Both the position numbers and the translations under genes were made by a program. Source: Spirochaetota bacterium (lineage in GTDB: Bacteria > Spirochaetota > UBA12135 > COTS27 > CBDBHE01). Taken from it: a stretch of DNA of 64,000 nucleotides. Positions within the stretch are counted from its first letter, which is position 1. Every line of letters begins with the position of its first letter. The stretch spans positions 640,001 to 704,000 of the forward strand of contig CBDBHE010000007.1 of the NCBI GenBank assembly GCA_965205605.1, written 5' to 3'. The notes under the pieces were generated by a model. That model made no database searches. It saw only the letters and a program-made list of their open reading frames with translations, and was not told where the DNA came from. Positions 1 to 10,206 of this stretch are shown one piece after another.

Positions 1-281
1 GCGATGGCTATTTTTATCATTGGTAAATCACCAAATGTTTTGATCAAATAATTTGCTAGCCCCTGAGTTGTCATTGCAATGGTGTAGACGTTCATTCGAT
101 TGGAGCCTACTCCCATAATGCCTCTTAGCCCTCCTGTACCAAATTCCAGATCTTTATGAAAGGCTTCGGTGAGGGGTTTTCCATTTTCTTCTATGAGTCT
201 TTTTACTTCTTTTTTTGTGGCTTGATCATAGAGATCATTAAGCCAAGTGTTTGCTTTTTTAATGATTTGTTCGTTTGTCAT
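1..281 (-). CDS. pgm: Phosphoglucomutase/phosphomannomutase, N-terminal part (runs off the window start; not in ORF track)
   Basis: Manual translation from ATG at 281: MTNEQIIKKANTWL...FHKDLEFGTGGLRGIMGVGSNRMNVYTI; the LEFGTGGLRG...GSNRMN motif is typical of alpha-D-phosphohexomutases. Confidence 0.9.
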   Translation of the reverse strand, partial: MTNEQIIKKANTWLNDLYDQATKKEVKRLIEENGKPLTEAFHKDLEFGTGGLRGIMGVGSNRMNVYTIAMTTQGLANYLIKTFGDLPMIKIAI

Positions 282-286
282 TTTTT

Positions 287-1102
287 TTATTTTCCTTTGA
301 GATACTGGATGGCATTGTAAAAAAGAAGCATTCCCAGCCCATCATTTTTTTTCAGTTCCTTTTGAATTTTATAGTCTATTGCTTGTTTTTTCCAATTGGG
401 ATGGTGTTGTTGTATCATATAAACTTCAGGATGAGGCATGAGACCTAAAATATTTCCTTTTGGATTGGTGATCCCAGCCATAGCTGCAGTAGACCCATTG
501 GGATTATGGGGATATTGCATTGTTTTTTTGTTTTTTTGGTTTGCATAAAAAAAGGCAATGAGATTATTTTGTTTGATTTTTTTTAAAGTTTTTCTGTGGT
601 CAAACAAACATCGTCCTTCAGCATGTCTTACAGGTAATGGAAGGTGGGGAGGAAAATTTTTAATCCAAAAAGAGGTGTTTTTTTGATTTACTTTAAGATT
701 AACCCATCTATTTTCAAACTGATTTTTTTTATTTTTCCATAAAGCTATTTTTTCAATGGGTTTATTTTCATCAAAAGGGAGGAATCCCAAACAAGCTAAT
801 GTTTGAAATCCATTACAGATTCCTAAGATAGGCTTGTTAGAGTTTGCAAATTGGAGCAACTGATCTAAAAGCTTCAATTTTAATTTATTGGCAAACACTC
901 TACCAGAACCTAAATGATCTCCATAAGAAAATCCTCCCGCTAAAGCTAAAATATCATATTTTTTTAAACATTCTTTATTGGCGATGATTTCATTGATGTG
1001 TTTGATGTCTGTTAAACTGCCTGTTTTTTTAAAACATTGGGCCAGTTCTGCTTCGCTGTTAATCCCATAACCTGTAAAAATAAGCGTTTTAATTGGTTTC
1101 AT
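287..1102 (-). CDS. purQ: FGAM synthase glutaminase subunit PurQ
   Basis: GGFSYGD, GICNGFQ (catalytic Cys), NPNGS and MPHPE motifs; adjacent to purL. Confidence 0.95.
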   Translation of the reverse strand: MKPIKTLIFTGYGINSEAELAQCFKKTGSLTDIKHINEIIANKECLKKYDILALAGGFSYGDHLGSGRVFANKLKLKLLDQLLQFANSNKPILGICNGFQTLACLGFLPFDENKPIEKIALWKNKKNQFENRWVNLKVNQKNTSFWIKNFPPHLPLPVRHAEGRCLFDHRKTLKKIKQNNLIAFFYANQKNKKTMQYPHNPNGSTAAMAGITNPKGNILGLMPHPEVYMIQQHHPNWKKQAIDYKIQKELKKNDGLGMLLFYNAIQYLKGK

Positions 1103-1129
1103 TAATGATGAGTAAGTGGTTTTGTTAAC

Positions 1130-4105
1130 CTAAAAAGATAAAGCTTTTTGCCAATTTTTTTTTAATGTAGAAAGCTTTGCATGGATTAAGGTTTTTTTTT
1201 TTGAAATCACTTTTAGTTTTTTTGAATGATTGGTTTTCCCAAGTAAAGTTAAAGAAGTTTTTTGCAATTGTTTTAAAAATTTTTTTTTATTTTTTTGAGA
1301 AACTTCAACAATAAATCGTCCTTGAGTTTCTGAATACATCTTCTCTAAATCTGTTAAATTGACTTCTAAAGCATCTAAATTAATACAAAGTCCACGCATT
1401 CCCCCAAAAGCACATTCTGCTAAAGCAATGATGAGTCCCCCGTCACTTAAGTCATGACAGGCAAGGATTAAACCTTCTTTAATCGCTTTATGAAGTTTTG
1501 TATAAAGCAAATAATTTTTTTTACGGTTAACTTTAGGGGTCTGCCCTCCTTGTAATTGTAAAGCTTGATAACATTCGCTTCCTCCCATTTCATTTTGAGT
1601 GCTTCCTAAAAGATACACATAGGAGTCAGTTTGCTTGAAATCAGAAGTGACGACTTGGTTGATATTTTCAATTATCCCTAAGGTACTAATCAGTAAAGTC
1701 GGTGGGATAGAGATTTTTTTTCCCCCTTCAATATAGTCATTTTTCATTGAATCTTTTCCTGAAATAAGAGGAAGCTCATAATCAAGACAAATCTCACTGA
1801 GTCCTTTAGCACATCGCACTAGTTTGGCTAGTTTTTCTTTTCCATCGGGTGTTTTTTCAGAAAAGACTGGATCAGGCCAACAAAAATTATCGAGTCCTGA
1901 AATTGTCTTTGGATCTCCCCCCACAGAGACAATATTTCTAACGGCTTCATCAAGGGCACACTGAGCCATATCATAAGGATCTCCTTGGCTATATTTTGGG
2001 GCAATGCCATTGGCAACAACAACACCTTGGTCGGAGTCATACACTGGTTTTAAAACTGCTGCGTCCATAGGGGCACTATTTTCAATCCCCCCAAAAGGTT
2101 TTAAAATATTTTTTCCTTGTACTTCGTGGTCGTACTGACGGACCCAAGTTTCTTTAGAAGCAATGTTAGGCCTACTTAAAATTGTTTTTAAAAAAAAAAA
2201 ATGGTTTTTTATTTTGATTTTTTTTTTAAAGTCATTCGTTGTTTCAATCGGTTTCCAAATGGCTTTTAGAAAAAGAGGTTTGAGTCCTTCGTGCAAAAAA
2301 TCCATTGAAAGAAAACAAACAATTTGATGCTTGTAATAAACTGAAAAGTAATTTGAAGCCGTAAAATGACCAATAACACTAATTTCTACGTCGTGTTTTT
2401 TTGCTAAAGTTTTTAAAGCTTCTTTTTTTTTAGGAGAAACAACTAACGTCATTCTTTCTTGAGCTTCAGAAATCAGGATTTCCCAAGGCATCAATCCTTG
2501 GTATTTTAAAGGGGCTTTTTCTAAATGGACTTCACATCCTTTTGATAAAATAGCAAGCTCTCCAACGGAGCTCGATAATCCCCCCGCTCCATTATCTGTT
2601 AAAGTCCGGTAAAGTCCAAGATCACGAGCTTCTAAAAGGTAATCCATCATTTTTTTTTGAGTCATTGGATCTCCAATTTGTACCGCTGATGAAGGGGAAG
2701 TTTCACTTAAAGATTCGGATGAAAAAGTGGCTCCATGAATACCATCTTTGCCAATCCTCCCTCCTATCATTACAATTAAGTCTCCTTCTTTAATACTTTT
2801 TTTTTCACTTCTTTGCCCTTTGATCTTAAGAGGAATCAATCCCCCCGATCCGCAAAAAACAAGAGGTCTTCCTAAATATCTTTCATCAAAAATCATCGCT
2901 CCATTCACAGTTGGGATCCCTAATTGATTGCCTCCATCTTGAATACCTCGATGGACTTCTTTTAACATTCTTTTTGGAGCAATGATTTTTTTTTCTTCTT
3001 TCCTTTTTTTATTAGGATCTGCAAAGCATAAAATATTAGTATTAAAAATAGGTTTTGCTCCAATGCCCGTGCCTATGATATCTCGATTAACCCCTAAAAT
3101 CCCTGTAATCGCTCCCCCGTAAGGCTCTAGTGCTGAAGGAGCGTTGTGTGTTTCTGCTTTCACACAAATCCCATAAGTTTCATCAAATTTAAAAATTCCT
3201 CCATTATCTGAAAAAGCTGACAAAATGTCTTTACGTTTTTTCATGATTTTTAAAGATGGATTTTTAATAAAAGTTTGATAAATAGACTCAATGCGTTCTT
3301 TTTTTCCTACTTCATTATAATCAATCGTTGCTGAAAAAATTTTATGTTTACAATGTTCGCTCCAAGTTTGAGCTAAGGCTTCTATTTCTACATCTGTTGG
3401 GTTTTTACAGATTCCTTTTTTTTTTCTTTGTTGCTCCACTTCTTTTTGTTTGTAATAATTTTGAATGCATTTCATTTCTTTTAGACTAAGGGACAAGCAT
3501 CTTTTAGATGATAAATCTTTGAGCTTGTTGTCACTTTGATGAATGTCGATTTCTTGGTAAAGTTTTTTTATTTTAAAAAAAATTGGTTTTGATTTTTTTT
3601 TAAAAAATTGATTTTCTTTCCACTCTTTTTTAGAAAAATAATTTAAGTTTTCAATTAGAGGATTGTAATAGTTGGTGATTAAAAAATTTTTAAGCTCAAT
3701 TACTGAATGTTTTGATTTAATAAAATAAATTTTAGAAGTTTTAATGTTGGCTTCTCTATCAAAATCATCTTCTAAAAGATCTTTAATGCCTTCAAAAACA
3801 GTTTTACTTAAATTGTTGGTAACACCTTCTTTAAAACTAATTTCAAAAGACGCATCAAAAAAAAGATTTTTAGGAGATTCGTTAATGTAATAATCTTCTA
3901 AAATCGGATTGCTTAAAAGAGAACAAGCAATTTGTTTGATTTGTTTTTTATTATAGAGAGCGTTGATCTCATAAGTTTTAAAAATTTCGATTGATTTAAC
4001 GGTGATTTTTTTTAATTCTTTTTGAACCTGATTTGTATTTTTTTTTTTTTCTTCTTTTCGTATGATTTTTTTTGGGACAATAATGATTTTATAAGTTGGC
4101 ATCAA
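1130..4105 (-). CDS. purL: FGAM synthase PurL with N-terminal PurS-like domains
   Basis: QTWSEHCKHK, KAETHNAPSALEPYGGA, DNGAGG, SEAQERM, SGKDS and HDLSDGG motifs; ~170-aa N-terminal extension. Confidence 0.95.
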   Translation of the reverse strand: MMPTYKIIIVPKKIIRKEEKKKNTNQVQKELKKITVKSIEIFKTYEINALYNKKQIKQIACSLLSNPILEDYYINESPKNLFFDASFEISFKEGVTNNLSKTVFEGIKDLLEDDFDREANIKTSKIYFIKSKHSVIELKNFLITNYYNPLIENLNYFSKKEWKENQFFKKKSKPIFFKIKKLYQEIDIHQSDNKLKDLSSKRCLSLSLKEMKCIQNYYKQKEVEQQRKKKGICKNPTDVEIEALAQTWSEHCKHKIFSATIDYNEVGKKERIESIYQTFIKNPSLKIMKKRKDILSAFSDNGGIFKFDETYGICVKAETHNAPSALEPYGGAITGILGVNRDIIGTGIGAKPIFNTNILCFADPNKKRKEEKKIIAPKRMLKEVHRGIQDGGNQLGIPTVNGAMIFDERYLGRPLVFCGSGGLIPLKIKGQRSEKKSIKEGDLIVMIGGRIGKDGIHGATFSSESLSETSPSSAVQIGDPMTQKKMMDYLLEARDLGLYRTLTDNGAGGLSSSVGELAILSKGCEVHLEKAPLKYQGLMPWEILISEAQERMTLVVSPKKKEALKTLAKKHDVEISVIGHFTASNYFSVYYKHQIVCFLSMDFLHEGLKPLFLKAIWKPIETTNDFKKKIKIKNHFFFLKTILSRPNIASKETWVRQYDHEVQGKNILKPFGGIENSAPMDAAVLKPVYDSDQGVVVANGIAPKYSQGDPYDMAQCALDEAVRNIVSVGGDPKTISGLDNFCWPDPVFSEKTPDGKEKLAKLVRCAKGLSEICLDYELPLISGKDSMKNDYIEGGKKISIPPTLLISTLGIIENINQVVTSDFKQTDSYVYLLGSTQNEMGGSECYQALQLQGGQTPKVNRKKNYLLYTKLHKAIKEGLILACHDLSDGGLIIALAECAFGGMRGLCINLDALEVNLTDLEKMYSETQGRFIVEVSQKNKKKFLKQLQKTSLTLLGKTNHSKKLKVISKKKTLIHAKLSTLKKNWQKALSF

Positions 4106-4449
4106 ATTTTTCTTTGATTAAAAAATTTTATTGTATCTTTAAAATAGTAAAAATAGGATTTTTCTCTCGTGTTTTTTTATATTTTCTGTTAAACAAAAAT
4201 AGAATGATGATTTATTTTTTCTATCATAAGAGTTGTTAAAAAAGAAAAATTGATTTGATGATTTGTTTTTTGAGATTAATTTTTTTTCTTAATAGCGACA
4301 AGATCTTATTACAGCTGAAAATCGTTTTGCAGAAAGTAAAATATTTGTCTTTGTAAAGGGTTTTTTGTCATGAAATGAACTAATCAATTTTTAATTTCTA
4401 AGAGATGGATTCTTCTTTTTTTAAAAGTATCTAATAACCAAAAGTTGTC

Positions 4450-4478
4450 TTGAATAAATTATCGGCTCATTATAAGAT
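4450..4478 (+). promoter_or_regulatory. Putative sigma70 promoter for fabV
   Basis: TTGAAT-17 bp-TAAGAT about 56 bp upstream of the ATG. Confidence 0.4.
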
Positions 4479-4534
4479 AGATTTTAGAAATACTTTTTTT
4501 TTTAAAAAAACATTATTTCTAAGATTTAACAAAA

Positions 4535-5743
4535 ATGATCGTTAAACCTAAAGTCAGGGGATTTATTTGTACCACCGCTCATCCAAAAGGGTGTGAAGTC
4601 AGTGTGAAAAAACAAATCGATTATATCAAACAAAAATCAGTAGACTCTACAGGTCATCATTTTAAAAACATTCTTGTCATTGGGTGCTCCATGGGTTATG
4701 GGTTAGCTTCTCGTATTGCTCTTGGTTTTGGGCATAAAGCGGCAACTTTAGGCGTTTGTTTTGAAAGAGAACCTAAAGAAAATAAAATCGCTACAGCGGG
4801 TTGGTATCATACAATTGCTTTTCATCAGTTTGCTAAAGATGACAATCTATATGCCAAAACTTTAAATGGAGATGCTTTTTCTAAAGAAATGAAATCAAAG
4901 GTCATTTCTGTGATTAAAGAGGATTTGGGTAAAATCGACTTAATGATTTATAGCTTGGCTTCTCCAAAGAGAAAAGATCCTATCAGTGAACAAGTGTATT
5001 CATCTGTTTTAAAACCGATTAAGCAAGAATTTTCAAATAAAACGGTCAATACCACCACGGGTGAAGTCGTTCAAATGTCTGTTTCTCCTGCTAGTGAAAA
5101 AGAAATCCATGATACAATTAAAGTGATGGGGGGCGAAGATTGGAAGCTTTGGGTTGAAATGATGAAAGCGGGTGGTGTTTTACAAGAAGGGTTTAAAACG
5201 ATTGCTTATTCGTATATAGGGCCTAAGGTTACCCAGCCTATTTATCGAAATGGGACAATTGGAAAAGCTAAAGAAAATCTCGAAGAAAGTGTTGCTGATC
5301 TTAATGAAACGTTAAGTGAGGTTAAAGGCTCTGCGTATGTGTCAGTCAATAAAGCTTTGGTGACACAGGCTTCTTCGGCGATACCTGTTTTGCCTCTTTA
5401 CATTGCTATTTTGTTTAAAGTGATGAAAGCAAATAATACCCATGAAGGGTGTATCGAACAAATGTACCGTTTGTTTTTTGAAAAAATGCATCAGGACACT
5501 TTTAAAGTAGATAGTGATTTTTCGTTAATACGTTTAGATGATTTTGAAATGCAAGAGAGCGTTCAAGCAAAAGTTGATCGTCTTTGGCAAGAAGTTAACA
5601 GTGAAAATGTTATGAATTTAACGGATTTAGAAGGGTATCGAAAGGAATTTTTAAAACTTTTTGGTTTTGAGTTTTCAGTTGTTAATTATGAAGCAGAGGT
5701 TTCTGTTGCCCTCTTTGATCATGAAAATTTTTTTTCGGTGTGA
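4535..5743 (+). CDS. fabV: Enoyl-ACP reductase FabV / trans-2-enoyl-CoA reductase
   Basis: MIVKPKVRGFICTTAHPKGC N-terminus, GCSMGYGLASRI, YSLASP, VMGGEDW, YxNGTIGKAK. Confidence 0.95.
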   Translation: MIVKPKVRGFICTTAHPKGCEVSVKKQIDYIKQKSVDSTGHHFKNILVIGCSMGYGLASRIALGFGHKAATLGVCFEREPKENKIATAGWYHTIAFHQFAKDDNLYAKTLNGDAFSKEMKSKVISVIKEDLGKIDLMIYSLASPKRKDPISEQVYSSVLKPIKQEFSNKTVNTTTGEVVQMSVSPASEKEIHDTIKVMGGEDWKLWVEMMKAGGVLQEGFKTIAYSYIGPKVTQPIYRNGTIGKAKENLEESVADLNETLSEVKGSAYVSVNKALVTQASSAIPVLPLYIAILFKVMKANNTHEGCIEQMYRLFFEKMHQDTFKVDSDFSLIRLDDFEMQESVQAKVDRLWQEVNSENVMNLTDLEGYRKEFLKLFGFEFSVVNYEAEVSVALFDHENFFSV

Positions 5744-5816
5744 TTTTTTTAATTGAAAAAAATGAAAATTCTTTTATAATTAAGCAAAGAAAAGAAAAAA
5801 GTCAGAAAAAGGCATC

Positions 5817-6290
5817 ATGTTTAATTTTTTTTTAAGAAAGTTTTATTTATTATATTTATTAATAGGGGTTTTAATGGTTTCTTGTGGGCTGGATCCTTTG
5901 GGGGATTCTAGCGATTATAGAATAGTTATTAGCAATGCGCATGGGACTATAGATAGAGGAGGAGGAACATTTGAGTATGGTTTTACGATTGAAAATCAAG
6001 GAATTGTTGCTGCCACTCAATTAGAGATTATTGTTAGGTTTAGCTTTAATGATGGTTTTCAAACAGGTTCTCAAGATAATTTAGCTACATATACGATGAT
6101 TTTGGATGTAGGTGAATCAGATACATTAGATTTTATCTTTACAGATGGTGAACTTAGCGGTTCTTTTTCTATTGATGATTTAGTGGGAGCTAGAGTCATA
6201 GCCGTGCGATTTTTTAATATTGAAGAAAGCTCGAGTGTTCTATTTGAAAATACGTATCAAGGAATTGAAGGTCAAATTCCAATTAATTAA
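5817..6290 (+). CDS. Acidic lipoprotein, possible CARDB/Ig-like fold
   Basis: Signal peptide ending VLMVSC; FTIENQG...LDVGESDTLDF pattern; upstream TTGAAA-16-TATAAT at 5753-5780. Confidence 0.6.
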   Translation: MFNFFLRKFYLLYLLIGVLMVSCGLDPLGDSSDYRIVISNAHGTIDRGGGTFEYGFTIENQGIVAATQLEIIVRFSFNDGFQTGSQDNLATYTMILDVGESDTLDFIFTDGELSGSFSIDDLVGARVIAVRFFNIEESSSVLFENTYQGIEGQIPIN

Positions 6291-6370
6291 TCGTTTTTTT
6301 ATAATTTTTTTTAATAAGAATCTTTCAAACCAATCAATCAATCTTTTTTTACAAAAAACCTCAAATAAAG

Positions 6371-7300
6371 TTGAATCAACTTTCTTTAAAATCCTTTTTT
6401 CAAACCTACCCATATAAGCAGTTTCAACAATTTTTTTCAAAAATTAATCAATCTATTGTCGCAGAAAATCAACTCAATTCTTTTTTAAAAGACCCCATTT
6501 GCTTTATTTTAGAAGACAACAATACAGGTCTTTATCAAGGGATTGCTTCGATGGCTTTTTTTCCTATGACCAGTATTGCTTTTTCGATGCAATGTTTTCT
6601 TTTAAAAAATTTCTTTGTTAAAAAACCAACCCAAGCTCTTTATGATCAACTTTTAGAAGGGCTTTTAAAAAAAACTAAAAATCAAGTAGATTTTATTATT
6701 TCTAGGCAACCTGTCGATAATGTTTTAGGTATCAAAGCTCTTTGTTTAAAAAATTTTTACTACGTTTGTATGGAATCAGTGTTTACTCTTCCTTTAGAGC
6801 AAGTTACTTTTGAAAATCTCGAAAGTTTTAACCATATAACCATGGCAGAAGAAAAAGACTTAGATGTTGTTTTTGATTTAGCAAAAAAAAATCATGCTGA
6901 AAACCGTTATCTTTATGATGGTTTTTTTGATCCAACTAAAGTCCAAGATCTTTATCAACAAGTAATACGGCAAAGTTATCAAAAAAGTAATCAAGCTTTA
7001 TTTGTTTATCGACTAAAAAAAAAAATTATCGGTTTTATTACCACCATTAAAAATCAATCTTTAAGTCAGCAAATGGGTTTTGGGTACGGGAGTTTAGATT
7101 ATATTGTTGTTGATAAAGAGTTTCAAAAGCAAAATATCGGGTATTTTTTAAATGCGTATGCTTTAAAAGACTTGTATAAAAAAGGGGTTTTGTTTGCTTC
7201 TGTTAAAACAATGGCCAGTAATTATAAAGCGATTAAGCTTTTACACAAAAATGGGTTTACATTAACGTCTCAAAATGTTCTTCTTCATTGGAAAAACTGA
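6371..7300 (+). CDS. GNAT N-acetyltransferase (WecD/RffC-like)
   Basis: C-terminal VDKEFQKQNIG acetyl-CoA motif and NYKAIKLLHKNGF; HAENRYLYDGFF...LYQQVI resembles the WecD-like segment. Confidence 0.75.
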   Translation: MNQLSLKSFFQTYPYKQFQQFFSKINQSIVAENQLNSFLKDPICFILEDNNTGLYQGIASMAFFPMTSIAFSMQCFLLKNFFVKKPTQALYDQLLEGLLKKTKNQVDFIISRQPVDNVLGIKALCLKNFYYVCMESVFTLPLEQVTFENLESFNHITMAEEKDLDVVFDLAKKNHAENRYLYDGFFDPTKVQDLYQQVIRQSYQKSNQALFVYRLKKKIIGFITTIKNQSLSQQMGFGYGSLDYIVVDKEFQKQNIGYFLNAYALKDLYKKGVLFASVKTMASNYKAIKLLHKNGFTLTSQNVLLHWKN

Positions 7301-8765
7301 ACGTTCTTTATTTTTAAGAAAAATTAGAAAATTTTTATTTTTTAAAAATAATAAATTTCTTTGGTATCTTAGTTTTTATTTAATTTTTAATATTTTTTTT
7401 CTTGTTTTTTTGTTTTCAAATTTTTTTGAAAACTTTTTCAAAAATAGACATTATTTAAACAATCACAAAATTATTTCTGAGCAAAATACCCAGCTTCCTC
7501 AAGCAACGACTTTTTCTCATGAGCCAACATCCACTCACTTTTCTTTTGAAACCTATCCTTCTAAGTCACAAAATGGTTTAAATTTAAAAGAAAACGCTAT
7601 TCATGATGAAAATTTTTTTTTATTAACGTCTCTTTCAAATCATTCGGGTTTAGAATTTTTAAAATATGAACATCAAAAAATTTATGACTTAAAGTTTGCA
7701 AATGATTTAGAAAAAGTTTCTTTTTTAAAAATTTATGTTTTGGTAGAATTTAAAAAAGAATTCACTGCTAAGCACTTTAACATTATGAATCAATATGGCT
7801 TTCAGCTTGTTAAAAAAAAAATGGCTAAAAATCTTAATAAAAAAATAGCGATTTTTTATGTTAAATATCAATTTTTAAAAAGAGGTAAACATCTTTCTTT
7901 TGTTAAAGATATTTATATTTTAAAGTCTTTTGTTGCAGAAGGGTATTATCAATTAAAAGTCATTCCACAAAAAAATCTTGATAAAATTGAATTTCTTTTT
8001 CATTTGCCTTATTCAAAACCGGGTAGAAAACTTTTGATGAAAGAAATTTCTATTTTTAGAAGTGATGGGAATATAGAAAATATTGAAGAAGACTCCATTT
8101 TAAAGATTTATTCTTCTTTAAAAAAAGAAGAGCCTTTAGTTTTTTTTTGTAAGTTTAAGTATTTTATTGATCTTGAGGAAATCATGAGGCATGATATTAA
8201 TGTTGTCGGTCATGATATTTCTTTAGAAGGTTATAAAAAATTAGTTAGTAAAGATCCCATTTATTCGACGTTTACTTCTTTTTCTGATAAAATCATGAAA
8301 ACAAAATATGTGGATGAAATCACAGCAAAGCTTCCTAAAAAAGCAACTTTAGCTGATATTTGGAAAGCCATCACAAAGGAATTAGATCAAGATATTCGCT
8401 ATGATTGGAAAAAAAGAAAATTATTTTTTTCTGGAAATTTACCTTATGTTAATATTCAAGACATGTATTTAACCACAGAAGAAATAGGAAAAAGAAAAAT
8501 GGGAGCTTGCCCAGAGAGGTCTTCTTTAGAAGCGGCTATTTTAAGAAATTTAGGAATTCCTGCTAGGACTGTTACTCGGTTGTATCATATTTATGTAGAA
8601 GTTTATTTTCCAAAAATAGGATGGGTGTCGACTTCTTGTAATATCGAAGAGATCCCGCTTTGTGAATCGTTAGATGAAAAACAATCTTATTTTGTTTTTT
8701 GGAAACCAGAACATCCTATTCGGCTAAAGTGGGAAGGTATTTTTTATCCTTCTATTTCTCTTTAG
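7275..8765 (+). CDS. Membrane-anchored transglutaminase-like domain protein
   Basis: N-terminal TM helix; GACPERS...LRNLGIPARTV...HIYVEVYFPKIGW core motif. Confidence 0.75.
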   Translation: MFFFIGKTERSLFLRKIRKFLFFKNNKFLWYLSFYLIFNIFFLVFLFSNFFENFFKNRHYLNNHKIISEQNTQLPQATTFSHEPTSTHFSFETYPSKSQNGLNLKENAIHDENFFLLTSLSNHSGLEFLKYEHQKIYDLKFANDLEKVSFLKIYVLVEFKKEFTAKHFNIMNQYGFQLVKKKMAKNLNKKIAIFYVKYQFLKRGKHLSFVKDIYILKSFVAEGYYQLKVIPQKNLDKIEFLFHLPYSKPGRKLLMKEISIFRSDGNIENIEEDSILKIYSSLKKEEPLVFFCKFKYFIDLEEIMRHDINVVGHDISLEGYKKLVSKDPIYSTFTSFSDKIMKTKYVDEITAKLPKKATLADIWKAITKELDQDIRYDWKKRKLFFSGNLPYVNIQDMYLTTEEIGKRKMGACPERSSLEAAILRNLGIPARTVTRLYHIYVEVYFPKIGWVSTSCNIEEIPLCESLDEKQSYFVFWKPEHPIRLKWEGIFYPSISL

Positions 8766-8799
8766 AGTTTTAATTTTTTATTAATTAGAGGTTTATTTT

Positions 8800-9735
8800 T
8801 TGAACATTAAAAACTATTTAAAACAAACCAAACAATCTTTCCCTCAAAAAGGCAAAATATTGCAAACTGTTTTTTTAATTACCCATAAAAATTGTTTAGA
8901 TGGGTCGGCTTGTGCTGTTGTTTTAAGCACGATTTTTAAAAACTTAAAAATTTTTTTTACTCATCAAAATAGTGTTAGTTTTATTTTTAATAAAATTAAT
9001 GAAAAGGTAGAGAAAGAAGATCTTGTAATTTTAGCGGATGTTTGTTGTGATCAAAACTTCTTTTTAAAAATGAGTCGTCTTTTAAAAGAGAAACAAGTTT
9101 TTATAAAAGTGTATGAACACCATGAAAGCACAAAATGGTTAGAAAAGATGAATATGAAAAAAAACCCTGGTGATGTTGAAATTCTTTATGATAAAGCAAG
9201 ATCGGCTTCTAAGATTTTATTTGATCATTTTCTTTCATCTTACCGAAACTTAGAAAAATATAAAGATTTTATCGAGCTTGTCAATGATCGAGATTTGTGG
9301 CTAGGGAAAAACCCACTAGCAGTTTCTTTAGCGCATTTACATCAGATTTATGGAGACAAAGCTTTTGTAAATCGATTTTTAAAAAACCCTTTTCTTGATT
9401 TTACGGATAAAGAAACCATTCTTTTAGAGTATCAAAAAAAAAAAGAAGCTAAAAAAAATAACATTCTCTTATCAAGGATGATTTTTAAAACCAATGAAGA
9501 AGGATTTAAATATGGCTTAGTTTATGGAGAAGGCAGTGGGTCTGATTTATTAAATGAAGCGATTAAACGTTTTGGTTTAGAGTATGCTATACTAGTCAAT
9601 CTTAATATGCAAAGGGTTAGTTTGCGTAGTAAAGGCAATTTTGATTGCGCCCAGTTTTCTTCTCGTTATGGAGGAGGAGGGCATAAGAGAGCGAGTGGGT
9701 TTTTATTAAATGATTTTAAACCCCCTGTTTTTTAA
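8800..9735 (+). CDS. DHH/DHHA1 phosphoesterase (nanoRNase-like)
   Basis: THKNCLDG, LADV, EHH (for DHH), DRDLW, SLRS and GGGGHKRASG. Confidence 0.85.
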   Translation: MNIKNYLKQTKQSFPQKGKILQTVFLITHKNCLDGSACAVVLSTIFKNLKIFFTHQNSVSFIFNKINEKVEKEDLVILADVCCDQNFFLKMSRLLKEKQVFIKVYEHHESTKWLEKMNMKKNPGDVEILYDKARSASKILFDHFLSSYRNLEKYKDFIELVNDRDLWLGKNPLAVSLAHLHQIYGDKAFVNRFLKNPFLDFTDKETILLEYQKKKEAKKNNILLSRMIFKTNEEGFKYGLVYGEGSGSDLLNEAIKRFGLEYAILVNLNMQRVSLRSKGNFDCAQFSSRYGGGGHKRASGFLLNDFKPPVF

Positions 9736-9760
9736 TTGTTATTAATTAGATTGACTAAAA

Positions 9761-10153
9761 ATGTTTACTAAAAAAGTAAGGGAATTTACAAAAGCGTGTG
9801 AAGAAAACCTTCCTTCCAAGCCGATGATGATCCCAAAAGAGAAAATTAATTTTGTCGGACAAATGGTCTTTGATGAGATCGAAGAGCTTAAAGGATCAAC
9901 AACGATTTCTGAACAAGCGGATGCTTTAGTTGATGCGATGTATTACCTTCTTGATACAGCGGTGAAGCATGGGATGAATTTAGATCCTATTTTTGATATT
10001 GTTCATGAGACTAATTTGAAAAAAATTGTTAATGGTAAAGTCTTAAGAAGAGAAGATGGAAAAGTCATCAAACCTAAAGATTGGCAAGATCCGAATGTTC
10101 TTATTAAAAAAGAAATTCAAAGACAACAAAATGAAGGTTCGTTTATTTCTTAA
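9761..10153 (+). CDS. All-alpha NTP pyrophosphohydrolase (MazG-like/DR2231-type)
   Basis: EIEE...ADALVDAMY, VHETNLKK and RREDGKVIKP..W..P motifs. Confidence 0.8.
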   Translation: MFTKKVREFTKACEENLPSKPMMIPKEKINFVGQMVFDEIEELKGSTTISEQADALVDAMYYLLDTAVKHGMNLDPIFDIVHETNLKKIVNGKVLRREDGKVIKPKDWQDPNVLIKKEIQRQQNEGSFIS

Positions 10154-10206
10154 ATCAAAAAGATCTTGATTTTTTTTTAAAATAACTAATACTTTAGTGT
10201 GGCTTA

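Noticed and set aside
4106-4534. Riboswitch or small gene in the 430-bp purL-fabV divergent gap
   Set aside because: No purine or ZTP riboswitch consensus and no recognisable peptide by eye; an Rfam scan would settle it
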